A DNA stretch of 29,799 nt, from the sequence record SRR31156797_505; one strand, given 5' to 3'. This document shows positions 9,274 through 18,267 of this stretch, one piece after another. A program made the translations under genes and the position numbers. How positions within the stretch are numbered: the stretch's first letter is position 1; every line of letters begins with the position of its first letter. Under the pieces are notes generated by a model. That model saw nothing but the letters and a program-made list of their open reading frames with translations. It made no database searches and was not told where the DNA came from.

Positions 9274-9442
9274 TCTAGTTATCTCCTTTTCGTTTACCTG
9301 ATTATGGAAAGATAGTGCAACTGTAGCAATAAGAGAATATCCATTTCTGCTTAAAAGTTGCCTAATCCTGTTTAATAGTAACAAAATACTTGTGAATTTT
9401 CTTAAATACATGTTTATTACTTTCAATTATGAGAGGTGATAC

Positions 9443-10309
9443 ATGTCTGAGCTGGCTAAATTAATAAGCGGATTCGAGCTGAATGATGTTGCGGCGACAT
9501 CGACATATATCGATAGTGTAAGGTTTTTTAAATCTACAAAAACCATACCAAGGGCTCCTATAATGTATAGCTCCGGCATAGTTATTATCGCTCAGGGACA
9601 TAAGGTGGGCTATCTAGGTGAGCGCAGTTTTCGCTATGATGCGGACAATTATCTGGTAGTAAATGTTACAACGCCTTTTGAGTGTGCAACTTTCCCAGAT
9701 GAGGACAAGCCACTCTTAGGTATTTACATAGATATAGATATGCAGATGCTGCACGAGCTGATATCTCAGGTTGATAAGAAGGCTGATTTAGAAGATGTTT
9801 ATACTGTCGGTTCCGCAAATATTGAGCCGGAGCTTATGGATGCAGTGATGCGCCTTGTCAAGTGCCTTAGGTCTGAGACAGAATCAGCTATTCTCGGCGA
9901 GTCTCTGTTGAAGGAGATTCTATTTCGTGTGCTTTCCGGCTCGCAGGCACACCTTCTTTACGCTCTCGCTTCCCACGACAGCAGTTTCTCAAATATCGCC
10001 CGTGTTGTCCGTGCGATTCACTCGAATTACTACGACAAGCTCGATGTAGATAAGATGGCAAGTGCCGCAGGTATGAGTACATCATCATTTCATAGGGCTT
10101 TTAAAGAGATTACGGCGGAATCACCTATGCAGTATCTTAAAAAGGTTCGGCTGAACAAAGCACGAGATATGATAATTGGCGAGCGGGCGAAAGCGTATAG
10201 CGCCGCCGATAGCGTTGGGTATGAGTCTGTATCGCAGTTTAGCAGAGAGTTTAAACGATATTTTGGTCAGTCGCCGGCGGAGATGGTTCGCCAGTCTAAA
10301 ATTGATTAG
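9443..10309 (+). CDS. yqhC: AraC-family activator, YqhC-like
   Basis: AraC_N-type N-terminal domain (IVIIAQGHKVGYLG, YLVVNVTTPFEC) and a C-terminal double HTH (MSTSSFHRAFK, SPMQYLKKVRL, VGYESVSQFSREFKRYFG). Divergent from yqhD as in E. coli. Confidence 0.85.
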   Translation: MSELAKLISGFELNDVAATSTYIDSVRFFKSTKTIPRAPIMYSSGIVIIAQGHKVGYLGERSFRYDADNYLVVNVTTPFECATFPDEDKPLLGIYIDIDMQMLHELISQVDKKADLEDVYTVGSANIEPELMDAVMRLVKCLRSETESAILGESLLKEILFRVLSGSQAHLLYALASHDSSFSNIARVVRAIHSNYYDKLDVDKMASAAGMSTSSFHRAFKEITAESPMQYLKKVRLNKARDMIIGERAKAYSAADSVGYESVSQFSREFKRYFGQSPAEMVRQSKID

Positions 10310-11198
10310 TGACGGTTAAGTCTTTTTTCCACATACCTCTGATTATATGCCCTGTTGCTTTTAGTGCAGAGTCGTTCTCACGTCTTTTCAGCCAGCCTAG
10401 ATAAAGAGGAACAGTGAATGCGTGCTTGTCCCATATAGTTATCTCGCCCTTCTGCTCAAGTTTCTTAGCGCTATCTTCCCTTATTACCGCTACCCCCTGA
10501 CCATCGAGAAGAAGTTCATGGATGACGTATTCGTCCTCGGATTGTACAGCCATTTTCGGTGCAAGGTTTCTCTGATCAAACTCATGGCTTAGATACCTGA
10601 AGAAAGGGCAGTTTGATGATGTCCATATCCACGGAAGTTCAGCGATATCTTTCCAGTTAAGGTTGTTGGCATCGTGATGAATACTTTTAGGAACTACAAT
10701 ATTAACAGGTACTTCTGCTATCTGAGCAATATCTATTTCATCGCTCATTCCGTGATTGTAGAAAAAGCCCATGTCTAGTGTTCCCTGTTTGAGCATTTGA
10801 CACGTGGTGGCGGAGTGGCTCGCCATGAATATAACGTTTATATCCGGGAAGTGGCATGAGAGCAGTTTATTAAGAGCGCTCACACGAAGGAAATTTGGCT
10901 CAGTGTTAAGCCCTATGGTGATTGTGCCTGTAGGTACACCGTTAAGCTGGAAAGCCTTATGCTTCATATTGTCAGCAGCTTTAAGAATCTCCTGAGCGTG
11001 AGAGAGTAGTATGCGCCCGCTCTCTGTAAGCTCCATCCCTTTGGTAGAACGGATGAATAAAGGCAGAGCAAGCTCCTCTTCGAGAAGTTTTATCTGATTG
11101 CTTAGCGCAGACTGGCTGATGTTAAGCAGTTTTGATGCACGGGTTAGGTTTTTGATGTTAGCAATAGTGATAAAGGAGTTCAGTTGGTATAATTCCAT
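10296..11198 (-). CDS. LysR-family transcriptional regulator
   Basis: N-terminal HTH NLTRASKLLNISQSALSNQIKLLEEEL..LFIR...LTESG; 300 aa. Confidence 0.93.
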   Translation of the reverse strand: MELYQLNSFITIANIKNLTRASKLLNISQSALSNQIKLLEEELALPLFIRSTKGMELTESGRILLSHAQEILKAADNMKHKAFQLNGVPTGTITIGLNTEPNFLRVSALNKLLSCHFPDINVIFMASHSATTCQMLKQGTLDMGFFYNHGMSDEIDIAQIAEVPVNIVVPKSIHHDANNLNWKDIAELPWIWTSSNCPFFRYLSHEFDQRNLAPKMAVQSEDEYVIHELLLDGQGVAVIREDSAKKLEQKGEITIWDKHAFTVPLYLGWLKRRENDSALKATGHIIRGMWKKDLTVTNQF

Positions 11199-11206
11199 AT
11201 TTCCCT

Positions 11207-11225
11207 CGTTCGCTTTAATAGAACG
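11207..11225. promoter_or_regulatory. Probable LysR box (T-N11-A dyad) in the divergent intergenic region
   Basis: CGTTC-GCTTTAATA-GAACG dyad containing T-N11-A, just upstream of the LysR start codon. Confidence 0.55.
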
Positions 11226-11325
11226 TTATGAACTAAAAGCGATATTAGACGCATCCTCTAAAGTCGTATATATAAAGTATAAATAATAAAAATATTATTG
11301 CAATACGTTCTTTAGAGGTGATAGC

Positions 11326-12522
11326 ATGCCTGAAAATAAAATTGGAGCAGTTCGTTTAAGCGGTTTGATCATAGGACCTATTTTGGGCTCTGGGATACTT
11401 ATCCTTCCTCCTCTTAGTGTCGAGGTTATGGGTGATTGGGCAATCGTCGGCTGGATTTTGATGATTTGCCTCAGCTTTCTTTTTGCGTTCATTTTCAGCT
11501 ATATGTCTATCAAGTTTCCCGGAGACGCTGGTGTAGCTAATGCGATTGAATACTCATACGGAAAGGGAGCCAAGCAGCTTGCGGCTTTTTATCTTACCGG
11601 AGCGGCATTTTTCGGGCCTGTTGCTGTGCTTCTGACAGCGGCGAAATACATTAATATTGATACTGGCTTATCTGATAATACTCTCGCATTTATGATACTT
11701 ATATTTGCACTTTTTCTCCTGCTTAAGCGTGTCACATCAGTGGGGACAGTATCATTTATCATGTCGTCAATATCCGCTGTAACACTTTTCATTGGCGGGA
11801 TAGCATGCCTTTTAACCGATAAAAAACCATTTGCTCCTATGGACGACTTCGAACCGATGAGCTTCGGCTATGGGCTTCTGCTTCTCTTTTGGACAATAGT
11901 CGGATGGGAGATTATCGGGAACTATACCGCAGTGATGAAAGATCCTGCAAAAACTTTGCCGAAGGCTGTTGTGTTTAGTGCATTGATAATTGCAACAGTG
12001 ACCCTGACCGTAGTTAGTGCTATACAGTGGATCGATCATGATGGTCAACTTTCCATGACTCTTATAGTTGAGCCTATATTTGGAGAGTATTCTTCATATA
12101 TTATTGCTGTCCTCGCATTTTCCCTTTGCGGGGCTACATATATGGCGTTCACAGGTGCAGTTGCGAGGCTTCTGAATGCTCTCTCTGTGAGTGGAACCCT
12201 GCCTGAATTTCTATCAGGGAGAAATAAAGCTGATGCTCCGTCCAGCGCACTGTATGTGATAGTGTGTGTTCATATCGCTATTCTTTTAATTAACAGGCTT
12301 GGCTGGGCTGATGTTGAATCTCTTGTTTCAGTTGCAGACAGTTTCTTTCTGGCTAATGCGATGATGGGGCTTCTTGCGGGCGTGAGGATACTTGAGCAGC
12401 CTGCTCTAAGGGGTGCTTCTGCTCTGCTTGCTCTGGTGTTTTTTATTATCCTCTGTTTTTCTGCACCTCTGGCGCTCGTCATACTGTTTTTAATGGCGAT
12501 ATCAATACCTTTGGTGGTGTAA
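11326..12522 (+). CDS. APC-family amino acid permease/exporter (YjeH-like)
   Basis: Multi-TM hydrophobic protein with TM1 motif GPILGSGILILP, FPGDAGV and FWTIVGWE. Divergent from the LysR gene. GAGGTG RBS. Confidence 0.8.
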   Translation: MPENKIGAVRLSGLIIGPILGSGILILPPLSVEVMGDWAIVGWILMICLSFLFAFIFSYMSIKFPGDAGVANAIEYSYGKGAKQLAAFYLTGAAFFGPVAVLLTAAKYINIDTGLSDNTLAFMILIFALFLLLKRVTSVGTVSFIMSSISAVTLFIGGIACLLTDKKPFAPMDDFEPMSFGYGLLLLFWTIVGWEIIGNYTAVMKDPAKTLPKAVVFSALIIATVTLTVVSAIQWIDHDGQLSMTLIVEPIFGEYSSYIIAVLAFSLCGATYMAFTGAVARLLNALSVSGTLPEFLSGRNKADAPSSALYVIVCVHIAILLINRLGWADVESLVSVADSFFLANAMMGLLAGVRILEQPALRGASALLALVFFIILCFSAPLALVILFLMAISIPLVV

Positions 12523-12565
12523 ACGAAAGTTCATACTTTCCGATTGGCGGTTAATATTATGAGTA

Positions 12566-12604
12566 TATTTTCGTTTACGAACATTTCTTTTCGTATAAAA
12601 CCAT
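12566..12604. promoter_or_regulatory. GlpR-type operator(s) upstream of the citrate lyase operon
   Basis: TATTTTCGTT-TACGAACATT (12566-12585) matches the E. coli GlpR dyad WATKYTCGWW/WWCGARMATW at all 20 positions. A degenerate second half-site, TCTTTTCGTA, follows 20 bp later. Confidence 0.65.
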
Positions 12605-12750
12605 TATATTTTAAAAAAATAACTAGTATTCCTCACTTATTCATCATGTCTATTCTTTATAATTAATTGAAGTCATTAATTTTTCAATCTGCATCTATGC
12701 TGATACGGTATTATATAATCTGGCTCTGAACTATACTTAATAAAATACTA

Positions 12751-12778
12751 TTGCATTTGAAAAAACTTGGAATACCAT
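12751..12778 (+). promoter_or_regulatory. Possible sigma-70 promoter of citC
   Basis: TTGCAT-N16-TACCAT, about 35 nt before the citC ATG. Confidence 0.4.
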
Positions 12779-12813
12779 AGCTTTATAAGGTTTACTCAGG
12801 GAGAAGCTGACGA

Positions 12814-13836
12814 ATGGAAATGGTTGAATTTATATTTAGCGAAAGTGACAAGGGGCAGGTTCGTCAGTTGCTTTCATCCTACAATCTTAATTATGACGAG
12901 GATTATGACACACTTATGGGTGTGCACGATGCGAATGGTCGCTTAGTCGCTACTGGAGCGAGGAGTGGTTATATCCTTAAAATGATTGCTGTTGCAGAAG
13001 ACAGCCAGTCAACAGACCTGTACTCTGAGATCCTTACAGCTCTTGTCGAAGATGGCTATAGGGCAGGACATGAATCTTTTTTCGTTTTCACTAAGCCTGA
13101 GTTTTACTCAGCTTTCACAGCGCTTAATTTTCATATGCTGAGTATCACATCAAAAGTTGTTCTGCTCGAATATGGCAAGGGTATCAAGAGCTATCTGAAC
13201 AGGCATAAATCTAAAGTGAAAGATGGCGATAATGGTGCAGTTATTGTGAACTGCAACCCATTCACAAGAGGACATCAGTACCTTATAGAGCGTGCAGCAG
13301 AGAAGTGTGACAACTTGTATGTATTTGTAGTGGAAGAAGATTCATCAACATTTCCTTACAATGTCCGTATGCGTCTCGTCCAGCAAGGGACAGAGCACCT
13401 TAGCAATGTGACAGTTCTGCCAACAGGGAATTACGCTGTCAGCAGAGGCACATTTCCGTCTTATTTTATAAGTCAGGATGTGGATATCATCACCCATCAG
13501 ATTGAGACAGATCTGAATATTTTCGCGAAGCACATCGCCCCGTTTTTTAACATTAAAACACGTTTCGCAGGTACAGAGCCTTACTGCTCCATAACCGGAA
13601 GATATAACGAAGGTATGGACGAAATATTACCCGCAAATGGTGTTGCATTTGAAGAGATAAAAAGAGCAGAGCTAGGTGAGAGTGACTATATAAGCGCATC
13701 GAAAGTGCGCAAGCTCATATCAGAAGACAAGATAGAAGAGGCTGGCAGATATCTGCCTGAAACTACTTATAAATATATAAAATCAGATGAATTTACAAAT
13801 GATGTAAACATCAATGTTATGGCAGGGAGGCACTGA
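12814..13836 (+). CDS. citC: [Citrate (pro-3S)-lyase] ligase
   Basis: GNAT-like N-terminus, NCNPFTRGHQYL, FVVEED, FPSYF, RFAGTEP and ISASKVR. Confidence 0.95.
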   Translation: MEMVEFIFSESDKGQVRQLLSSYNLNYDEDYDTLMGVHDANGRLVATGARSGYILKMIAVAEDSQSTDLYSEILTALVEDGYRAGHESFFVFTKPEFYSAFTALNFHMLSITSKVVLLEYGKGIKSYLNRHKSKVKDGDNGAVIVNCNPFTRGHQYLIERAAEKCDNLYVFVVEEDSSTFPYNVRMRLVQQGTEHLSNVTVLPTGNYAVSRGTFPSYFISQDVDIITHQIETDLNIFAKHIAPFFNIKTRFAGTEPYCSITGRYNEGMDEILPANGVAFEEIKRAELGESDYISASKVRKLISEDKIEEAGRYLPETTYKYIKSDEFTNDVNINVMAGRH

Positions 13837-14105
13837 TGGATATCTTGAAAAAGGCGCAGGCTGGGACAATGCAGTCGAGTGACATTATGGTTTTTATAGA
13901 GCCGGCATCAAGCTTTGAACTGGATATTGAATCCACAGTTGCAAAGCAGTTTGAGCACCTTATTCGTGCAAAAGTGCTCGATACCCTTGATGAGATGGGA
14001 GTGGAAAACGGATATGTCAGAGTGAGCGATAGAGGCGCACTTGATTACGCCATTGAGGCTAGGGTTAAGACAGCAGTTATCCGCTCTGGCGGAGGTGTTT
14101 CATGA
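13836..14105 (+). CDS. citD: Citrate lyase acyl carrier protein (gamma subunit)
   Basis: AQAGTMQSSD (prosthetic-group Ser region), IESTVAKQF and DRGALDYAIEARV. TGATG coupling with citC. Confidence 0.95.
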   Translation: MDILKKAQAGTMQSSDIMVFIEPASSFELDIESTVAKQFEHLIRAKVLDTLDEMGVENGYVRVSDRGALDYAIEARVKTAVIRSGGGVS

Positions 14106-14575
14106 AAGGTGCATGGTTTAAAGCTTGTGACTCAGGTCGCAGATTTATGCTTAAAATATCTCAGGGCGAAGATATACATGAACGCCTGAAAGCCTTTGCC
14201 AGAGAAGCAGATGTGAAGAATGCCGTTATTATCTCAGGGATCGGATCTGTAAGTGACGTTAAATTCAGAGGGATTAAATCCGGAGCAAAACTTCCGCTTA
14301 CCCCTGCGAGGACACGCATTCACGAAGACGAAGGTCCTCTTGAGCTATTAGCTTTGACAGGAAATATCTTTCCTGATGAGAATGACGAAATAGATGTGCA
14401 TATACATATTTCAATGTCGAAATCATCCGGTGAGGTGATCGGCGGGCACATTTTCGAGGCGAAAGTTTTTGCATCGTGTGAGCTTCTTGTTTCTGAGATT
14501 ATCGTGACAGGTATAGAGAGGCACGTTTCAAAATCTGCTGGTACAGCAACTATTTATATCGAGGACGAAAAATGA
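14102..14575 (+). CDS. PPC-domain (DUF296) protein, predicted Zn-binding
   Basis: KISQGEDIHERL, SGIGSV, ELLALTGNI and HIHISMS...VIGGH (HxH...H triad). ATGA overlaps with both citD and citE. Confidence 0.88.
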   Translation: MKGAWFKACDSGRRFMLKISQGEDIHERLKAFAREADVKNAVIISGIGSVSDVKFRGIKSGAKLPLTPARTRIHEDEGPLELLALTGNIFPDENDEIDVHIHISMSKSSGEVIGGHIFEAKVFASCELLVSEIIVTGIERHVSKSAGTATIYIEDEK

Positions 14576-15498
14576 ATAAGGAAGAAGTTCAGCTCAGACG
14601 TTCGATACTTTATGTTCCCGGGAACATGCCATCAATGCTACAGAATATCCCTATTTTTCAGTGTGATGCAGTTTTTATGGACCTTGAGGACGCAGTTCCG
14701 CTCAGCGAAAAAGATGCTGCCCGTGAGCTGGTTGCAAAGTTTCTCGAAACCTATACAGATAGAAATAAAGAAGTTTTTGTCCGTATAAACGCCCTCGATA
14801 CTGAGTGGGGGTACAACGACCTCGCAAGGGTGCTTCAGGCGAAGCCGGACGGTATAAGGCTTCCGAAAGCTGATACGTCAGAGATAGTTGAGAGGCTCGA
14901 CACACTCCTGACAGAGTTTGAGGAAGACCTCGGATTTGAGATAGGCACTTTTAAGATTATCCCTTCCATAGAGAGTGCGCAGGGTATCATCAACTGCATC
15001 AAGATTGCAAGATGTTCATCGAGGGTTATAGCTCTCGCATTTGGCGCAGAGGATTATACTGCCAGCATGGAGATCGAACGAACCAAGAGCGGTGAGGAGC
15101 TTTTCCACGCACGAACAAGGGTTGTCTGGGCGGCTAAGGCGGCGGGCATCATGGCGATAGATACAATATTTGCAGATGTGTCAGATATGGATAGCTTCGC
15201 AACAGAAGTGGCACTTATAAAGAATCTCGGTTTTTCAGGTAAGTCACTTGTAAATCCTAGACAGATTGAGATTGTTCATGAAATTTTTGCCCCTACAAAA
15301 GATGAAATAGAGAATGCAAAAGATGTTATCGAAGCGATTATAAAAGCCCGTGAGATGGGCACAGGCGTTATCTCGCTGAATGGAAAGATGGTGGATGCGC
15401 CGGTTGTGAAGCGTGCGGTGAGAGTGATCAGAACTGCGATTTCTCAGGGACTTATAGATTTCGAACTGGATGAAGAGGTGATTTATGGTGCGAAATAG
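14572..15498 (+). CDS. citE: Citrate lyase beta subunit (citryl-ACP lyase)
   Basis: RRSILYVPG, DLEDAV, VRIN, RLPK, IESAQG, GAEDY, GK..VNPRQ and GKMVDAP. Confidence 0.95.
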   Translation: MNKEEVQLRRSILYVPGNMPSMLQNIPIFQCDAVFMDLEDAVPLSEKDAARELVAKFLETYTDRNKEVFVRINALDTEWGYNDLARVLQAKPDGIRLPKADTSEIVERLDTLLTEFEEDLGFEIGTFKIIPSIESAQGIINCIKIARCSSRVIALAFGAEDYTASMEIERTKSGEELFHARTRVVWAAKAAGIMAIDTIFADVSDMDSFATEVALIKNLGFSGKSLVNPRQIEIVHEIFAPTKDEIENAKDVIEAIIKAREMGTGVISLNGKMVDAPVVKRAVRVIRTAISQGLIDFELDEEVIYGAK

Positions 15499-17023
15499 TC
15501 TAGGCAGAGAACTGCCGGAAAGTTTTAACGGGAAAAAAGTCGTACCTTATGAAGATCCGTTCTCCAGAATGCCGAATGCTGAGCGTGCCACAAGACCTGT
15601 GCGTAAGGTTATCCCTGAGCAGAGCAAAATGCTTGCGAGCATACGTGAGGCGATCGTCGCATCCGGGCTGAAAGACGGGATGACAATAGCAACCCACCAC
15701 CACCTTAGAAATGGTGACCAGCTTTTGAATATGGTCGTGAAGGAGATAGACTCCCTCGGCATCAAAGATATAAAGATTGCATCAAGCTCCATACACCCAG
15801 TGCATGCTGAGCTTATTCCATATGTAAATAAGGGCGTTATCTCAGCTTTTGAGTGCGGAGTGAACGGACTGATAGGTGAGCTCGCATCGAAAGGTGAGCT
15901 GAAATGCCCTATCACAGTACGCACCCACGGCGGGCGTGCGAGAGCGATGGTTACAGGCGATGTTAAGGTTGATGTGTCGTTTATTGCTGCGCCAACTTGC
16001 GACGAGTACGGGAACATGAACGGCTATTACGGTCCATCAGCCTGCGGAAGCTTGGGCTATGCACACCTTGATGCGATGTACTCTGAAAAGGTTATCGCAG
16101 TTACTGACAACTTAAAGCCTTACCCTGTCGCACCAGTGTCTATATCCCAGGTTGATGTTGACTATGTTGTCTGTGTTGAAAATCTCGGCGATCCATCGAA
16201 GATAGTATCAACCACTACAAGGATAACTAAAGATCCGATAGGGCTTCTGATAGCAAAATATGCGGCGGAAGTTATCGAGTCAGCAGGCATGATGAAAGAC
16301 GGTTTCTCCTTTCAGACCGGGAGCGGAGGAACATCCCTCGCCGTGGCTGATAATGTCCGTAAAAAGATGCTCGAAAAAGGTATCAAAGGTAGTTTCGGCT
16401 CAGGCGGTATAACAGGATATTTTGTGCAGATGCTCGAGGACGGGCTATTTGAAGCTCTGTTTGACGTGCAATGTTTCGATCTTGATGCTGTAGAGTCAAT
16501 TGGTCGCAACATGAACCACCTTGAGATCAGTGCTGACATGTATGCTAATCCGTTTAACAGCGGATGCGTGGTGAACCAGCTCGATACTGTAATCCTTGGG
16601 GCTACTGAGGTTGATGTTAATTTCAATGTGAATGTAAATACAGAATCGAACGGCTATCTGCTTCATAATACTGGCGGGCACAGCGACACGGCAGCCGGAG
16701 CGAAACTTTCAATAATCACAGCACCTTCCATAAGGGGCAGGCTTCCAATTATTCGTGACAGTGTGACAACGGTTACGACTCCTGGCGAGACTGTAGATGT
16801 TATCGTTTGCGAGCGTGGTATAGCTGTGAATGAGAAACACGAAGACCTACGCCGTGAGCTCGAGAAGAGACACCTTCCGGTTAAAGATATTCGTCAGCTT
16901 CAGAAAGAGATCATCAGCATTACAGGCGAACCTAAACCTATTGAGTTCGAAGATGATGTTATTGCGCTTATCGAATACAGAGACGGGAGCATTATCGATG
17001 CAGTTAGACGAGTTAAAGAGTAA
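15485..17023 (+). CDS. citF: Citrate lyase alpha subunit (citrate-ACP transferase)
   Basis: GLKDGMTIATHHHLRNGD, THGGR, CGSLGYA, FQTGSGG, YANP, GGHSDTA and IEYRDG. Confidence 0.96.
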   Translation: MVRNSLGRELPESFNGKKVVPYEDPFSRMPNAERATRPVRKVIPEQSKMLASIREAIVASGLKDGMTIATHHHLRNGDQLLNMVVKEIDSLGIKDIKIASSSIHPVHAELIPYVNKGVISAFECGVNGLIGELASKGELKCPITVRTHGGRARAMVTGDVKVDVSFIAAPTCDEYGNMNGYYGPSACGSLGYAHLDAMYSEKVIAVTDNLKPYPVAPVSISQVDVDYVVCVENLGDPSKIVSTTTRITKDPIGLLIAKYAAEVIESAGMMKDGFSFQTGSGGTSLAVADNVRKKMLEKGIKGSFGSGGITGYFVQMLEDGLFEALFDVQCFDLDAVESIGRNMNHLEISADMYANPFNSGCVVNQLDTVILGATEVDVNFNVNVNTESNGYLLHNTGGHSDTAAGAKLSIITAPSIRGRLPIIRDSVTTVTTPGETVDVIVCERGIAVNEKHEDLRRELEKRHLPVKDIRQLQKEIISITGEPKPIEFEDDVIALIEYRDGSIIDAVRRVKE

Positions 17024-17492
17024 GTTACTCGCAGCACGTGAGAAACGTGGCGAGATATTTGAAAACTATAAAGAGTTTGATGGCTCTACGCTGGTTATAT
17101 CCACTAACACTCCAGGGGTGAACAAGCTTCCGGATGGTATCCGTGAGGTATTCTCTGATGGGTGCGAATCTGTGGAGGAGCGGTTGAGGGTTAGACATAT
17201 CCTTAGCGGTGAGGACGCCGCAGGGCTTTATATGGTTTGTAAGTGTGAAGAGATGGCGGAAACGGCGAAGCGTATTACTGTATGGATCGAGGAAAATCTA
17301 CCAGCGGGAAGACTGCTGGATATAGATATATATAAACAAGACGAGCAGCTGGGCAGGCGTGAAATAGGGCTTCCGGCGAGGAAGTGCATCGTCTGCGATG
17401 AACCGGCTGTTGATTGCATAAGGAGCAAAAACCATGATATCCACATTATCACCAATCAAGTTGAAAAAATGTTGCAGCGAGCTCACAGCTGA
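16998..17492 (+). CDS. citX: Apo-citrate lyase phosphoribosyl-dephospho-CoA transferase (holo-ACP synthase), 164 aa
   Basis: LLAAREKR, NTPGVNK, K...IEE..PAGRLLDID and RKCIVCDEPA..CIRS..H. Start re-assigned to the ATG at 16998 (GGGAG RBS). Confidence 0.9.
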   Translation: MQLDELKSKLLAAREKRGEIFENYKEFDGSTLVISTNTPGVNKLPDGIREVFSDGCESVEERLRVRHILSGEDAAGLYMVCKCEEMAETAKRITVWIEENLPAGRLLDIDIYKQDEQLGRREIGLPARKCIVCDEPAVDCIRSKNHDIHIITNQVEKMLQRAHS

Positions 17493-18252
17493 AGAAATTA
17501 TCGGCGCACTCATAGAGGGTGCTAAAGAGGAGCTTCTCCTCACGCCTAAGCCGGGGCTTGTAGATATATACGATAACGGGTCACATGATGATCTTGATTA
17601 CGCAAAGATGTGTAAGTCTATTAAACTCTTAAAGCCTTATCTCGAGGAACTTGCGCAAAATGTAGAAAAAGGAACAACACTCCACGAAGCGAGAGAAACA
17701 GGCGTTATGGCTGAGCACAGGATGATCGATGAGTGCGGAACCAACACGCATAAAGGGTACATCTTCCTCAGTGGGCACTTCCTTATCTCAGCTCTTTCGA
17801 GAGAGGACGCACGTGAGGGAATCAAGGATATCGCTGAGGCACTCTTCGAAGATCTGCCGGCGGGGACAAAAGGCGCAATGGCACGCAAAGAGTTTGGTGT
17901 TGGCGGGATAATCAAAGAGGCTTTAGCCGGATTTCCTGCTGTGTTTGATGATGCGCTGCCAGCTTTCAGGGAAAAACTTGCAGAGACTGGATGCCGTCAG
18001 ACAGCTTCCGTGCTTGCTATGGCGAGGCTGATGCAAACTGTTGAAGACACCACAGCGCTCCACAGGTGCGGGAAGGAAGGTCTGAAAAGTATTAAGGCTG
18101 ATGGAAAGAGGATAGAGAAACTCATCAGAAAGGGGAAACCTGTGCATGGATTCCTCTTTGACCTGAACGAAAAATATAAAAAGATGAACCTTACTATGGG
18201 CGGTGTAGCTGATATGCTTGCACTCACCTTCGCTCTCGACAGGATAGTTTAG
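17434..18252 (+). CDS. citG: Triphosphoribosyl-dephospho-CoA synthase
   Basis: ELLLTPKPGLVD..DNGSHDD, NTHKG, DTT.LHR and GGVADMLA. AAGGAG RBS at 17420. Overlaps citX by 59 nt. Confidence 0.93.
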   Translation: MISTLSPIKLKKCCSELTAEEIIGALIEGAKEELLLTPKPGLVDIYDNGSHDDLDYAKMCKSIKLLKPYLEELAQNVEKGTTLHEARETGVMAEHRMIDECGTNTHKGYIFLSGHFLISALSREDAREGIKDIAEALFEDLPAGTKGAMARKEFGVGGIIKEALAGFPAVFDDALPAFREKLAETGCRQTASVLAMARLMQTVEDTTALHRCGKEGLKSIKADGKRIEKLIRKGKPVHGFLFDLNEKYKKMNLTMGGVADMLALTFALDRIV

Positions 18253-18267
18253 AATATTACAGTAAGA

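Noticed and set aside
9274-9426. 51-aa N-terminal extension of YqhD
   Set aside because: It is intergenic promoter DNA. The family N-terminus and the RBS point to the GTG at 9273.
12661-12704. Weak dyads upstream of citC (AATTAAT-N7-ATTAATT, GCAT-CT-ATGC) as FNR or IclR sites
   Set aside because: They do not fit TTGAT-N4-ATCAA and are too AT-rich or short to distinguish from chance.
16830-16997. N-terminal extension of CitX
   Set aside because: It lies inside citF. CitX homology begins at MQLDELK (16998), which has an RBS.
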